Made by a program: the position numbers and the translations under genes. The notes under the pieces were generated by a model. That model did not search any database. It worked only from the letters and a program-made list of their open reading frames with translations, and was not told the DNA's origin. 64,000 bases of DNA from assembly GCA_030390025.1 (NCBI GenBank), contig CM059433.1:25980001-26044000 (forward strand), given 5' to 3'. Shown in pieces: positions 23,165-37,305 of the stretch; the stretch's first letter is position 1; each line of letters starts with the position of its first letter. The stretch comes from Squalus acanthias. Taxonomy: Eukaryota.

Positions 23165-26100
23165 TGCTGTACACGCAATGTAACTCAATATGCTACTTCC
23201 TGTATCACAATTTATGTTAACAGTTTATAATGGCAAAACGCTGTCATGCTATAGCTGCCGGCCTCCCACTACAAGGTGGCACTGTGGTGCGAGTCACCCT
23301 GTTCCACCTGCTAAATTCTTGCTCGCCAAACTTTTTTTTATGCTTGTTTGTCAGATATTTAAAACCCTATTTCTGTGTTTTTCATCCAGTGAATAGGGCA
23401 CCTAGGACCCCTTTGACCATCTGCAGGCATTGCTCCTATCTGCCCATGTGTGGCCACCAAATTTCTGGCCTTGGGTGGTGGCCTAGCCACCCCCATCCAC
23501 TCTGCTTATTTTCTCAGTGGTACCCTCAGGTCGTGACTTGGACATAGCCACATGACAAATTTCTGGTTGCCAGATTGCAGTTACAGCCAATTCCCTCCCT
23601 ATTTCATACTCTTATTGTATAGTGGTGGGGCCTTATGCCTACCACCTTAGACCTTATGCCTCCTCACCCACAGAATTGTGACACGCAACCTCACAACCCC
23701 TACTTTATGAACCCTGACCTTGCATACCCCTATGACACCATACCATGTGATCCCTGCCTCCTGACAACTCCACCCTTATTCCCTGCCCACTTACCTGTAC
23801 CCCTCCTTTTCCCAGGTATCTTTCTTCCCACCAACTGTTCTTCATGGTGGCGAAACCACCATAGAATTGTTAAACAACAAGAATTCTTTACAAGCACTTA
23901 GACTCATTGTAAAATCCCGATTGCCTCATATTCCCCAGGAACCAATCAAGAAAGCCTTTACTTCACTGCCTCCGAGCACATCGCTCACAAGCTTCTTTCA
24001 GCAGCCTTGTGCATCCGTCCTTTACCGAAGAACACCCGCCCCACCCACCCATCCACTTCTGCCATCCCCCGCAACACAAATGTCACAGGAGGTTGACTGG
24101 TATATTCAAAAATCAAGAGTACTAAGACCAATGACTTGGTTATGCAGCCCGTAATGTCTTTCTAGTCTGAGAAATGCTCATTCATGACTACTCTCTGTTG
24201 TCCTGTTTTTAACCCAATTTTCCATCTAGCACCACACTTTACCTCCAATCCCACGACTCCTTACCTTAGCCATTAATCGCCAATGTTGAATCTTGTCAAA
24301 AGCTTTCTGAAAATCCGGCAGAGCTTAGTTCAATCAGATCCACCCTTACTAATTGCTTTAATTGGTGCTTCAGTTATTATGCCCTAATCCGTTACAGCTG
24401 GGTTAAATTCCATGAGGCAAAAGTGGACGTAGAGTAATTATCATAAAGATTTCCCTTTCACTAATGGAAACATATTGCAATACACAGTAAACATGCGGTA
24501 AGATCTCTGCACAAAGAATAATCCAGCAATAATTTTTTCCATATTTGAAGTAACTGGAAATTCCATAATTTTTTGCATGATTTATATGTTAGTTACTTAT
24601 TCGGTACTTTTGACCATTTCTAACACAAGTTGTTTCCAGATGATATCCACTGAATATGAGACTTATCCAACAGATAGGCTAAATGTCAAATGCACTCAGT
24701 TTCTTTGCTCAGGTCAGCCCATTAAAGAAGTATTATATCCAGCAGGTTCCCAAAATGTACCCTGGCAAATCAGCATAAATTACATTGCCAACCCCAAATG
24801 AACGAAACTTTTAGTTGTTGATTACTTAGCATTCTTGTGTGGGTGAGGGTTGAGGAGTTTACCTCAACTGTATATACTAGCAGTCTGAGTACCCATATTG
24901 AGAAACCACAATGCAGTATATCTTTTAACCAAACATAGTTCAGGCACTCATCCAATAGTATACAATTACATAGTAATAATCTTAAGGCACTGATTAGTGA
25001 GGAATTTTTTGAGGATTATGCACCACACCCAAAAAGACCAACTGTCTCAGCCCAGACAGTTATTTCCAGTCTGAGTTTTCCTTCGTTTTTTGTTAGGATG
25101 CATCAAGGTCAATATTCTAAGCAAAATAGTCGTGGGTCCCATCTCCCGAAAGAAAAATTAAAAGTAGACATTACAAAATCTTTTTTTAAAATCTCTGTTC
25201 TGACTAACCTATTTCCTCTTATCTGCTGCACAGATACTTACAGCTACCATGCAGCACAGGGCTGGCACATGCAGCAACAGTACGGCCAATTTAGCATGAA
25301 ACTTGGCTGCTCATCCTTGCAGGCATGCTGCAGTGCTGAGCTATGAGGATGATACTGTGGAGTGGCACGGAGAGGCTGCTTCCTCGCGAGCACCTCATGC
25401 AGCACCAACTTCACTTTACCTGCCTCGAGCAAGGGGTTGGGTGTTGACCTACTCCATTACTTCATCCTCAGGCTTATGCTGGCACCTAGGGTTCCCTTTC
25501 TCCTCATTTTTGCCTGCCACTTCATAATCCTATGACACTTAAACCCTGGCAAAGGCTGTTAGTGGGTTGAAATGCCTTTTGGGGCCCTCCAAAGACTTTC
25601 TGCATTTTGTTCCCTACTGTGACACTCCCCTTTAATTGGCCCCATCCCTTTAAATTCGACTTTCACACAACATTCCTCTCCCATCACCTGTCTGCCTCCT
25701 CGACTCATCTGAGTCTGCAACTGTTGCTGTGAATAATTATGCAAATGACCATATACAGTGGAATTGAGTGCTATTAGCACTTAATATTTCATTAGTTGGA
25801 GACCCCTTTGGGAAATTGGGCTGCCCTGAGAGTAGCATGTGCTGAGCCTGCTCTGTTCAGATTTCCTGCAGTGGATTAGACCTCGAAAGCGGCCGCCACC
25901 CAATAGCTAAGCAAAATTTGCTTTTTTCAAAGCTTGATGTGGATCCAGGAGGAGCAGGCGTGCTGCTGCTGGGCTGCAATTGGCCCCCTTCCCATTCTCC
26001 TTCACCCACCTCCCCCCCACCCTCGAGACTAACTTGAGGAACGTCTGCCTCGCTGGCAAAGCAGGCATCCCAAATTGGAATGCTTGGAATGGCAAGCTGC

Positions 26101-27269
26101 CCCTGGAGGCATGACAGGCGCCAACAGCTCACCCAAATGATTCAAATCAGTTTCGGGCAAGACGGTTGGGGTGCCAGTTCTGCGCCCAAAAATGGGTTAT
26201 GACCAATCTTTACCCCATTCTGAACCATTTAGAAATGACTTCCACCTGTACACTAAAATCAGCCCCACATGTCTGGACTGAGTAGAGCAGTATTATAGTA
26301 ACACCTTCCCTGGGGTTTATGGAGTAATTGCCTCCTGCATATTCCATAACTTCACTCTGAAAAGAGACCTCATTATGCATCTCAGTAACCAGGATGGCAA
26401 AGCTGTGACGTGGTACCAGGAATGTTGCAAGGGAGGCTGGTAGACCAAGCACTAATTTAAGACACCTTCCAATGAGTAACACAGCTACATAATATTTTAA
26501 AAGGGCAAATTGTATCTGCCAGGTAACTATACTCAAACCACCTTGATCTATATTTTCATACTCAGTTTTTCAAATATCATCTATTGCTATCTTAGGCTGG
26601 ACTCCTGTTATTTTGTAACCAATGATACTCAGCACAATTTTCAAGTCAAGGTAAGGCATCTATCTCCTATATTGTGTAGTGTGTGAATGTTGGCACTTTG
26701 AGTTGGCATGGTACTGTCTGGGTGCAAATATTTAGTTTCACATTTTTGACATCCAACTTGCCACTACTTTAAAGTGATTCTCTTGTGGAAGCAGTGAGTG
26801 TGTTGGCTGTCTGCAGGATCTCTCTGACAGCCTATCGACATTTTGGTGTCCCTAGCCTCCCTGGGCTACTAATTTCTAGGTTCCTGCATGTGCGTCAGCT
26901 GCATCTGGGATTGTGATGGCTGATTGCCATTGACTGACAAGATATTTCCTTGCATGCTTGTGCACCAGGCACTTCTGGTGGGGGTGCGGGGGGAGTGCTG
27001 GGGTGCGGGGGAGTGGCTATCAGCAGGGGTGGCATTTGTCTTGCAGGGACCCCATTCAAAGGTTCAGTTTGGGGACCAGATCCACTCGGGCCACTGACTA
27101 TGCAATGGCACAGGTTCACAGACCCTAACGCCCCCGCCCTGCCCTCCCTCCCCCCCCCACCCCGCCCCGTGATTTCGCCGATGGTGGGGATGGTCCATAC
27201 AGATCAGTCATGCAGAAACAGAGTACGTTAGGTTGAGAGCTCAGCAAGCTGGGACTGGCCTTGGTTTAC

Positions 27270-27872
27270 AAGCTGTCGGTTAGGCCTCAGTTAGAATTCT
27301 GTGTCCAGTTTTGGCCTCCTCACATGGTGGGTGATAATGGAGGCTTTAGAAAGGGTGGCGAGAAGGTCCACAAAATTAATTCCCAGTTTAAAACATCTTA
27401 GTTACCAAAATAGGCTCAAAGAGCTGGGAGTCTCCACTTTAGAAAAGCGTAGACTTAGGCATGATTTGATCAAGGTTTATAAGATGATGAAGGGACTAGA
27501 ATAGTGGACCTGTTGAACAGGCTCGTGCAGTAAATTCCTTCAAGTGAGAGCTGACCTGTTACTGGCTGAGGTGGAGATCACCTCGTACAGAAGGTAGGTA
27601 CCATGTAAAGTTGATTAGGGCCAGGATGGTCATTGGACTAGTTCGAACGCTTAAGGAGGTCGGAGAGGAATTTTCCAGGTTCCACCACCACACCCCCCCC
27701 CCCCCCCCCCCCAAATTAGCCTGGGTTGTTACCTAGCTTTTCACCTCACCTGGGAGGTCACATGGCTCTGGGTGGAGTGGGGAGTGTATATATTGTGATG
27801 CACTAAGCATCACAACTGTATGGAAGAACCAGGTGGTCTTCTCCTCCACTTCATTGTTCGTAAGTTTGTATG
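27270..27872 (+). mobile_element. CR1 3' fragment of a different subfamily with a long 3' UTR
   Basis: LERVARRSTKLIP, LSYQNRLKELG, LEKRRLRHDLIKVYK peptides, followed by a UTR ending TTCGTAAGTTTGTATG. Confidence 0.6.
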
Positions 27873-28803
27873 ACCAATGCTGCCAAACAGCAGCAGGTTA
27901 CTGGGCTGGATCCGCCCGAGTTAATTGCATGGGAATGTACGATCCTAACCCCACCGCTGGACATCACTATCTTTAAGTGTGTGCCTTTTCTGTCTGAATA
28001 CTTGCAATTTGTCCTGCAACTTCAGGCCAAACAAAGTGGCTTCTCTAAAGCAGCAATGCCCAAACCTACATCAATTTGGTGAGTGATCAGCCAGCCGTGC
28101 CTTTGCAGTGCGATTTCAAGTGCTGAACTGGCTCCTAATTACAGTGTTCCCTTCTCCTATAGTTCTTCCCCATAGGCTGAATCAGCAATATAGTGAGTAA
28201 ACTAGCTAAACTACATTCTCCCAGATACCTTTAGGAATCCACAGTTTGCCCGTGATTAACACACAAACAGCAATTTCCAGGCTATTATCTTATTTAATTA
28301 TAGTGTTTTACACTGAAGCTTGGCATGTAGAGCTGTGACGAATAATAGAAAGAACTTACATTTATATAGCGCCTTTCATGACCTCAAAGTGCTTTTCAAT
28401 ACTTTTGAAGTGTCGTAATGTAAGAAATAGCACAATTCATGAAATTGCCAAACTTTTAACTTGTTCTTAACAGAAACAAAAGTAAAATTCTATGTCACTA
28501 TTACGTCAGTAGAAGAGATACTGGGCCTCGAAATCCAAGCGCGCCTAGTATTGGTTGCACAGAGGCAAGGCTTGCATGGCAAATGCCAGTTAACGTGTAT
28601 ACAGATAGCATAAAATATTTGTGCTGCTTGCGGGTTTTAGTGATCCAGGCGTTCAGCCACACTACTCATTGGCCACACGGCCTATTGGGGGTGGGGGGAG
28701 GCATGGATATCAGCCGTCTATGACACCACTTAAAGACAGCAAGCGCCTCTTAAAGAGGAGGTGCATGCACAGGAGAAGGAATAGGTTGGTCAACAAATTG
28801 ATG

Positions 28804-30360
28804 ATGGAGGGAGCGAGCGGGCACCAAGGTTTATTGATACTACACTGGAGGCCTTGGTCCAGGAAGTGGAGAGGAGGAGGGGCATCTGTTTTTCCCCCAG
28901 GGAGCAGGAAGTATTCCAGGCACCTCCTACACAGATAGTACATCAATGCCAGGAGCATTGCAACAGGATATGACTGTGACTCCGTAACAAAATCAATGAT
29001 CTAACTAGAGATTTTAAGGTAAGAAGACTGTTCTCATGCTTTCTGATCACAGCTGCACCACTCACATCTCATTAATTACAACACTCACAATTCTGCCCTC
29101 CCCCCTACCCTGCACTGTCCTGCAATCACTGCACCACACTTCACTAAACCTCCTTCTCCTCATGCTCACACACTCACCACTATTACACCCCTCACTTATC
29201 CACAACTCACATCTCACACACACACTGTCAGCTATTCCACCATGACAGCCACATTCTCCAAACTCCACAAGACTCTCACTAACACACTTCACTCTTTCTT
29301 GCAGGAGAAGGTCACAAACAACACCAGGCAACAGGCTGTCACCGGGGGAGGAAGAGCCCGTCTGCACACCCTCTCCCCCCTTGAAGAGAGTGGCCTGGCC
29401 ATCATGGGAAGGGGCAGCGTGGAGGTCGTGGCCACTGGCGACGCTGGAGAGACACCGTGCAGGGTTTCTGTATACCCGATCCTCTTTGTCTCTTCTGACT
29501 TTTCTCTCACCCCACACATTCTGAATGACGAGCTGCAGATGCTTTCAACACCCACTTCTCTCTCTCTGCTCTCCCTCACACCACAAGCTAACTCTTGTCA
29601 CTCTCTTTCAGCTGTTGAGAATGTCGATGCCCCTCAGCCAGTGGAGGAAGAGGAGCACAGTGATCCTGAAGATGCACTGTCACATGATCTGACCCTCGTA
29701 AGCACCAGCTCAGATGCTGACTTTGAGGGCCCAGGCTACTGAAGAAGGCTCATGGACATACACCGGGAAATGCTTAGTGCACTGGGCAACCCGACAGAGA
29801 GCTTGCGCACAATGTCGTGGAGCATGGAGGTGTCCAGCTCCAACAATGTCGTAGGGCTTTGCACAGAGCATAGAGATCATTCTGTTCAAAGTGGTCAGCT
29901 CCAACAACAAACTGCTTCCATGAAAGCTCAAACAGTTACCAGCTTGGCTTTGGTGGCTGCTGTTGACAGGGGCTTTCAGGACGTCACATCTCTCCTGAAC
30001 TGTGTTCTGCTGCAGAGCCCTAGGAGTCCTGAGTCACCACCCAAAGAGTGGCCTTGGCTCCTTGGGAGAGGAACTTGCTGTCCTCTCTCAGGATGACAGC
30101 GCCTGCTCCTTCACCACCCACTCCCCAAGTGCCCTTGCAGTAGCCTGTCAGCCAGAATGCCCCAGGCCCAGGCCAAGAGGTTGCTGTCTGAAACTGGGCC
30201 CTCTAGGCCCTGAGCTGCTCGAGGTTGCCCACCTCGGCCATCTGAAGTGTCCTCTATGGAAGCTCAGCAGTCTCCCACCTCCCAAACTGTAGTCACTGGA
30301 GAAGCATCTCATAGGAACACCAGGATAGGAAAACAATCACACAAGACAGGCACCAAGGGC
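28804..30360 (+). pseudogene. Myb/SANT-like partner gene remnant (element 3)
   Basis: ERAPRF start, NDLTR..K then GTAAG donor at 29019, TGCAG then EKVTNNTRQQAVTGGG at 29305, MDIHREMLSALG motif in exon 3. Confidence 0.7.
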
Positions 30361-30577
30361 CTGGTCAGTGATTATTTTTAACAATGCTGACACGATGTGA
30401 CAATATTAGTCTGCTAAATTTGTTTTTTCTTCTGGATTTGTTGTTTTTGTTTGTCTTTGTAGTGAAGTGAGGGCAAGACCTATAACTCCGGAGTGTAGGA
30501 AAGCAATTAGATGCTGGTTGTAAGGAAAGTGGTAAGGATTGAAAGAATGTTGGGGAATGGGGAATGGGAAGGCTGAT

Positions 30578-30885
30578 TTACGTTAAGCACCCTTGATGAG
30601 CTGGTCTCTGAGAGCTCGGGCAAATAGGCTTGTCACTGACTCTCCTCCTCCTCTTCCTGCTCCTCCTCCTGCACTTACAGCTGCCCAGGTGGTGGTAAGG
30701 GAAGCTCCCTTATGATGGCGAAGTTATGAAGCATGCAACAGACAATGACAAATCTGGATACCCGCTCGGGGTGTACTGCAAAGCTCCTCTGAAACGGTCC
30801 CACCAGTGGAGGCGTTGCTTGACCACGACGATGGTTTGCTCGATTATGTTCCTTGTGGCAGCTCTGCAGCTATGCATGGGTAGTT
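30578..30885 (-). pseudogene. Harbinger transposase C-terminal fragment (element 3)
   Basis: [17 protein letters not shown]...GALQYTP and a poly-E remnant. Confidence 0.75.
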
Positions 30886-30889
30886 GAAA

Positions 30890-32626
30890 ATAGTTATGCC
30901 ACCTGGGGAAGCTGCAACACAGGACGAGATGCATGCTAAAAAGCGGAAGCAGCATGCTATTGACAGAGCTAAGCGATCCCACAATCAACGGATCAGATCA
31001 AAGCTCTGCAGTCCTGCCACATCCAGTCATGAATGGTGCTGGACCATTAAACGACTAACGGGAAGAGGAGGCTCCATAAATATCCCCATCCTCAATGATG
31101 GTGGAGCCCAGCACGTGAGTGCAAAAGACAAGGCTGAAGCGTTTGCAACCGTCTTCAGCCAGAAGTGCCGAGTGGATGATCCATATCGGCCTCCTCCCTA
31201 AGTCCCCACCATCACAGAAGCCAGTCTTCAGCCAATTCGATTCACTCCACGTGCTATCAAGAAACGGCTGAGCGCACTGGATATAGCAAAGGCTATGGGC
31301 CCTAACAACATCCTGGCTGTCGTGCTGAAGACTTGTGCTCCAGAACTAGCCGCACCTCTAGCCAAGCTGTTCCAGTACAGCTATAACATTGGCATCTATC
31401 TGACAATGTGAAAAATTACCCAGGTATGTCCTGCCCACGAAAATCAGGACAAATCCAATCCGGCCAATTACCGCCCCATCAGTCTACACTCAATCATCAA
31501 CAAAGTGATGGGCGGTGTCGTCGACAGTGCTATCAAGTGGCACTTACTCACCAATAACCTGCTCACCGATGCTCAGCACAAAGGAAGATGGTTGAGTTGT
31601 TGGAGGCCAATCATCTCAGCTCCAGGACATCATTGCAGGAGTTCCTCAGGACAGTGTCCTAGGCCAAACCAACTTCAGCTGCTTCATCAATGACCTTCCC
31701 TCCATGATAAGGTCGGAAGTGGGGATGTTCGCTGATGATTGCACAGTGTTCAGTGCCATTCACAACTCCTCAGATAATGTAGCAAGCATTCAGCAAGACC
31801 TGGACGACATTCAGGCTTGGGCTGATAAGTGGCAATTAACATTTGCGCCACAGAAGTGCCAGGCAATGACTATCTCCAACAAGCGAGAGTCTAACCACCG
31901 CCCCTTGATATTCAACAGCATTACCATCGCTGACTCTCCCACCATCAACATCCTGGGGGTCACCATTGACCAGAAACTTAACTGGACCAGCCACATAAAT
32001 ACAGTGGCTGCAAGAGCAGATCAGAGGCTGGGTATTCTGTGGCGAGTGTCTCACCTCCTGGCTCCCCAAAGCCTTTCCACCATCTGCAAGGCACAAGTCA
32101 GGAGTGCGATGGCATACTCTCCACTTGCCTGGATGAGTGCAGCTCCAACAACACTCAAGAAGCTCAACACCATCCAGGACAAAGCAGCCCGCTTGATTGG
32201 CACCCCATCTGCCACATTAAACATTCACTCCCTCCACCACCAGCGTACCGTGGCTGCAATGTATACCATCTACAAGATGCACTGCAGCAACTCGCCAAGG
32301 CTTCTTTGACAGCACCTCCCAAACCTGCAACCTCTTCCACCTAGAAGGACAAGGGCAGCAGATGCATGGGAACACCACCACCTCCAAGTTCCCCTCCAAG
32401 TCACACACCATCCTGACTTGGAAGTATATCGCCATTCCATCATCGTCACTGCGTCAGAATCCTGGAACTCGCTCCCTAACAGCACTGTGGCAGTACTTTC
32501 ACCACACGGACAGCAGCTGTTCAAGATGGCAGCTCACCACCACCCTACTTAAGGGCATTTAGGCATGGGCAATAAATGCTGGCCTTGCCAGCGATGCTCA
32601 CATCTCATGAACAAATAAAAAAAAAA
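30890..32626 (+). mobile_element. CR1-group (Zenon-like) LINE, 5'-truncated with internal deletion
   Basis: ORF 31704-32309 with MFADDCTVF, WADKWQLTFAPQKC, ILGVTIDQKLNW; A-rich tail at about 32612-32626. Confidence 0.85.
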
Positions 32627-32629
32627 GGG

Positions 32630-34290
32630 CTGCAAAAAGATAATAATAGAAAAAACTTGCAACTAATATCAAGGAGAACACTAAAGATTTTTTATAAGTA
32701 TATTAAGAAAAAGAGGGTGGCTAAGAGTAATGTGAGCCCCTTAAAGACAAACACTGATTTTCAATTGTAATTGAAAATCAGGAAATGGCAGACTTGCTAA
32801 TTACTTACCTTGTATCGGTCTTCACAGTCGGGGAAGAGGATCAATACCAGAGATACGAGGCAAAGCAAAACTAAATCAAGGGGACAAATTTACTAGATTT
32901 ATTATAAGTAAAAAATTGGTACTGGGGAACATAATGAGACTAAAGATAAACAAATCTCCAGCACCTGATGGTTTCCACCACGGGGAATTAAAAGAAGTAA
33001 GAGTGTAATTTGTAGATACTCCCATCATGATCTTCCAAAACGCTCTCAATTCAGGAATTGTCCCCTGGAATTGTCCCCTTGGATTGGAAAATTGCCAATA
33101 TCACTCCATTATAAGTTGGGCAGAAGAGATAAACTAGGAAATGATAAGCCTATGAGTCGAACGTCTGTTGTGGGAACTTATTATTAGGGACTAAGCACTT
33201 AGACAAACATGAACTGATCAGAGAGAGCCAGTATGGATTTGCAAAGGGTAAGTCATATCTCATGACCTAGTTGATTTTTTGAGGAGGAAATAAGATAATG
33301 TCTATGGATGATGCTTGTATGGACTTCCAGAAGGCATTCAATAAGGTTCCACACAAGAGACTGTTAACAAAAATGAGAGCACATGGAATGGGAGGCAACC
33401 TATTGACATATCTAGGGAATTAGTTAGGAGGTAGGAGACAGAGTAGGGATAATGAGTATGTACTCAAATTGGCAGGATGTGACAGTGGTGTCCCCCAGGG
33501 ATTCTTACTGGGGCCTCAGCTTTTCACTATATATATAAATTACTTAGATGAAGGAATAGAGAGCCGTATATCAAAGTTTGCTGATGACACTAAGTTAGTT
33601 GGCACAGTAAATAGTGTAGATGTACCGTGTCAGCTGTGGCTCAGTGGGTTGCACTCTCTAGGTGGGAGGGGCTAGGAGTGAGCAGGTGCTGCTGGGTGCT
33701 TGATTACTGCAGGGAGTTGGAGTGAATTTGTGAAAAGTTGGTGGTGTTTATTTTTCTCAAGGTTTTAGGGCCTTTTTGGTCCTTAAACAGCAGCCAGTTG
33801 GCTGCTGAGGGGCCCGGTGTACTGGGCCCCTCAGAGAACAATGTTCCCATGATGAATTTAATTATGGGAGAAAATGTTGGGGGAAGGGTAAAAAAAAGGC
33901 CTAAAGATTTGGGCCGGGACTCTAGGAGGTTTGGAAAAGAAAACACGGTGGTGGTTCAGTGTGAGGATAAGGAGATATGAGCTTGGGATATTATCCAGGC
34001 GGTACATGAGGACTGCGGCGAGGGAAGCTGCTTTGCCTGCCGACCAAAGCCGAATGTTGAGTTCAAGGTGATGGTCAGTGGCCGAGAGGAGGTGGAAAGA
34101 CTTTTACTGAGTTTGAAAGTTGGAGATTCACCAGAATAACACTGGGGTGAAGGGTTAAGTTATGAGGACAAGTTGCATAGACTAGGCTTGTATTCCCTTG
34201 AGTGTAGAATATTAAAGAGTGAATTCATTGAGGTGCTTAAGTTACAGAACCAAGGCGGGTAGATGGAGTTAAAATACAGATTCGCCATCA
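32630..34290 (+). mobile_element. Decayed CR1 ORF2 with interrupting repeat fragments at about 33622-34130
   Basis: [41 protein letters not shown] peptides. Confidence 0.75.
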
Positions 34291-34814
34291 TCGAATCTAT
34301 GTCTTTCAACGTTACCCATGTGCGCTCCTGCTGCCAGCGGAAACTCCATTCCTAAAATGGTGGGCACGCACTTTGGGCCGGAAATGTGCACACGCTTCCT
34401 GCCCGCCATGTTGTGGGCTTTGTAGATCGGTTAGTGTCCACAAAACGAGCACTTCGCGACTGAATTTATCATCGATTCTCTGAAAATCAGATCTTTCTTA
34501 AGCTTTTGATTTAGAACAGACAAGCTCTTCGCAGGGAACAAGATAGTCAGTCTCACTCAGAGGTCACAAGGATGACTAATGTGGGAACTGTAAATGTCCC
34601 ACCAGTATAGTAGGGACCACAGTGCTGGGACTGCACAGAAGGCACATTACCTTGCATGCAACTTGTGCAAAACTGACTTCATAAGCTTAATGATGACGAG
34701 TGGGATAGAAAAATGTTTCATTCCTTAGCACTCAACTTGAGCAAAAGATGAAGCCCCTCCCCCATTAAAAAAAAGTAATCAAAAAGATTAATGGAATAAT
34801 GGCCGTTATTTAAT

Positions 34815-35000
34815 AGAGATCATAGAATAGTACAGCACAGAGGAGGCCATTCGGCCCATCGAGTCTGTGCTGGCTCTTTCAAAGAGCAATCCAGTTAGTC
34901 CCACTCCCCCACTCTTTCTCCATATCCCTGCAATTTTTTCTCCTTCAAGTATTTATCCAATTCCCTTTTGAAGGCTGCTATTGAATCCATATCTGCACCA
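34815..35000 (-). mobile_element. CR1 3' end
   Basis: CATAGAATAGTACAGCACAGAGGAGGCCATTCGGCCCATC is the reverse complement of the CR1 tail. Confidence 0.7.
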
Positions 35001-36297
35001 GTGATCACAGAATGTATTGGACTGCCTGCCAGAGAGCTACTGCATCATGTCAAACAGTGTACAGGAGTCCACTACCAACTTTTGTGGGGTTCTGGAGCAT
35101 TGGAATATGAGTATGCCATTATGTGCCCTGTATCTAGTCAAATGCAGTGATGTCAAAAGTTGAACAGAGAACCCTACTGCAGTTTCCTGGAATATATCAC
35201 ATGCCACCACATGATCGCCTTGTCTTTGGGAGATGGAAGAATATACACTGTATCAGATCATGGCTCAGGTTACAAACCAACCGACAAATTTGTTTAACAT
35301 TAAACAGGTAAGTAAACTGTACTCAGTACAAGCAGTATATTTACACTTAATACCAACTTTAATATGCTACTTGAAATGTCAAAACAACAAAAATACTTCT
35401 GCACGAACACTTGCCATAAAATTGATCCTTAAAACATGGATTCTCACTTCCTACATGGTGGAACGCTAACGTGGATTGTTTGATAGCTGTGTACCCCTAA
35501 CAGCCTCTGACTGACTGTTGACTAGGAGGAAGTCAGCCGTAGATATACCATTAAAAATCGTTTGAAGATATAGTGAAACAAATAACACTAAAAATGTATT
35601 TCTCTCAACTACACTAAATTGACAGCCATTCAAGGTTTGTCAATTACGTATAAATTTTGAATTGAATAGGATGGTTTGCCTATTGATCTGCCGCAAACGC
35701 TTCAGATGATCTGTAATATGGATCACCATGTAAGTACAATAGCAGCAATCATCCATTCATATGCCAAGTTTTATGAGTTTTGATCATTTTATCACAGAAA
35801 AAAATTGTAAAGGAGTTACATTTAAACAGCAGATGGCGCTAACGGGGCGCTAGAGCATTATCGCTGGGGCGTGGCGAATCCAACGCCATACGCCAAATCC
35901 CGCCTCCCCCCCACCCCGCAGCGCCGCCGCTAACAGTTATCGTCGGAAGCCTCAATGACAGGTGGATCGTGACATCAGTGAATGTGCAACGCTCACTGAG
36001 CACCCGATCTGCAAAATTAATTGTCGCCACCTACCTTAGCATCTGGAGGAAACAGCGACAGGGAGCACTGGCATGAAGCAACAGGAAGCCGGCTCCAGGG
36101 ATGTTATTTAAAGGGATCATCAGTAATGAGTCACAGCTGTAGGTTAGTGGAGTTTCAATGCTTTTTTGTCAGTTTCACATAGTGCAACAGTCTCATTCTG
36201 TAATTTCAATGTTATTTAGTATCAGGAGTGTTGTGGCAACTAAAAAGTAGCTACATTTATTGTTAAAAAAATCAAATTGCTACACTTGATTACATTA

Positions 36298-37305
36298 ATG
36301 GGGGCTATACTGGCAGTCGACCTGGCCCTCCAGGATCTACGGCGGAGGGAGCAGAGGCAGCGAGAAAGACTGGAACATGTGCCCAGAGGGAGGAGGAGGA
36401 CCATCAGGGCTCTCAACAGGAGGCCTTACCTCCAAAGGTATTCCGAGAGCACTTCTCCTACCTCCAATTAAGCGAGGAGCAGTGTATTAGAAGGCTCCAC
36501 TTCACCAAGGAGGTGGTCACAGAACTCTGCCACCTCCTGCAACCAGATCTCCAGCCTCAGATCAGGGTGACCATGGCTCTCTCAGTGGCAGTCAAGGTCA
36601 CTGTCGCCCTCAATTTCTTCGCCAGTGGATCCTTCCAGTCTGCAACAGGAGACATAGTTAACATCTCGCAGTTCGCCGTCCATCGCTGCATCCGGGAGGT
36701 CTCAGAGGCTCTCTACAGCAGGAGAAGGGTTTATATTTGCTTCCCCATCACCAGAGAGAAGCAGGATGAGCATGTGGCTTTACCAAGATAGCGGGCTTCC
36801 CCATGGTGCAGGGCGCCATTGACTGCACTCATGTGGCTTTGCGCGCAGCGCATAGCACCGCATAAGCTCGTGGCTGGCTGGTTGGAGACAAGGGTTATCC
36901 GCTCTCCACCTGGCACATGACTCCCCTCTGCAACCCCAACACTCCTGCCCAGCACTCATATAATGAGAGCCATGCTGCCACCAGGAACATCATCGAACAG
37001 ACCATCGGCCTGCTGACACAACGGTTCCACTGCCTTGACCACTCGGGAGGTGCCCTCCAGTACTCGGCTGAGTGGGTGTCCCATTTCGTGGTGGTCTGCT
37101 GCATGCTCCACAACTTGACCACCATGAGCGCCCAACCCTTGCCACCATGGATTGCGGGACTACCTCAGGAGGAGGAAGAGGGAGAGGAGGACGAGGATGA
37201 TGAGGAGGAGGAGAACCAGGTGCGAGGGAGGAGGCAGCCACTCAGTCGGCCTTCTGGAAGCGCGGTCTGTGACCACCTCATCAGACTGCGGTTCCAATTA
37301 ATTAA
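36298..37305 (+). pseudogene. Harbinger transposase pseudogene (element 4)
   Basis: MGAILAV start, [40 protein letters not shown]; frameshifts and loss of about 54 codons. Confidence 0.9.

Larger units (their letters stand above)
28523..30885. mobile_element. Harbinger element 3 (decayed, truncated by a LINE)
   Basis: Left end GGGCCTCGAAAT; Myb gene remnant on + and transposase C-terminus on -. Confidence 0.75.

Noticed and set aside
25560..26216. Additional complete Harbinger MITE (similar single ends at about 34470, 55514 and 59250)
   Set aside because: Only one TIR-like end is visible in each case; no partner TIR or TSD could be established.
27692..27712. Poly-C run as a functional G-quadruplex or i-motif element
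   Set aside because: Simple homopolymer within a LINE 3' UTR; length may be a sequencing artefact.
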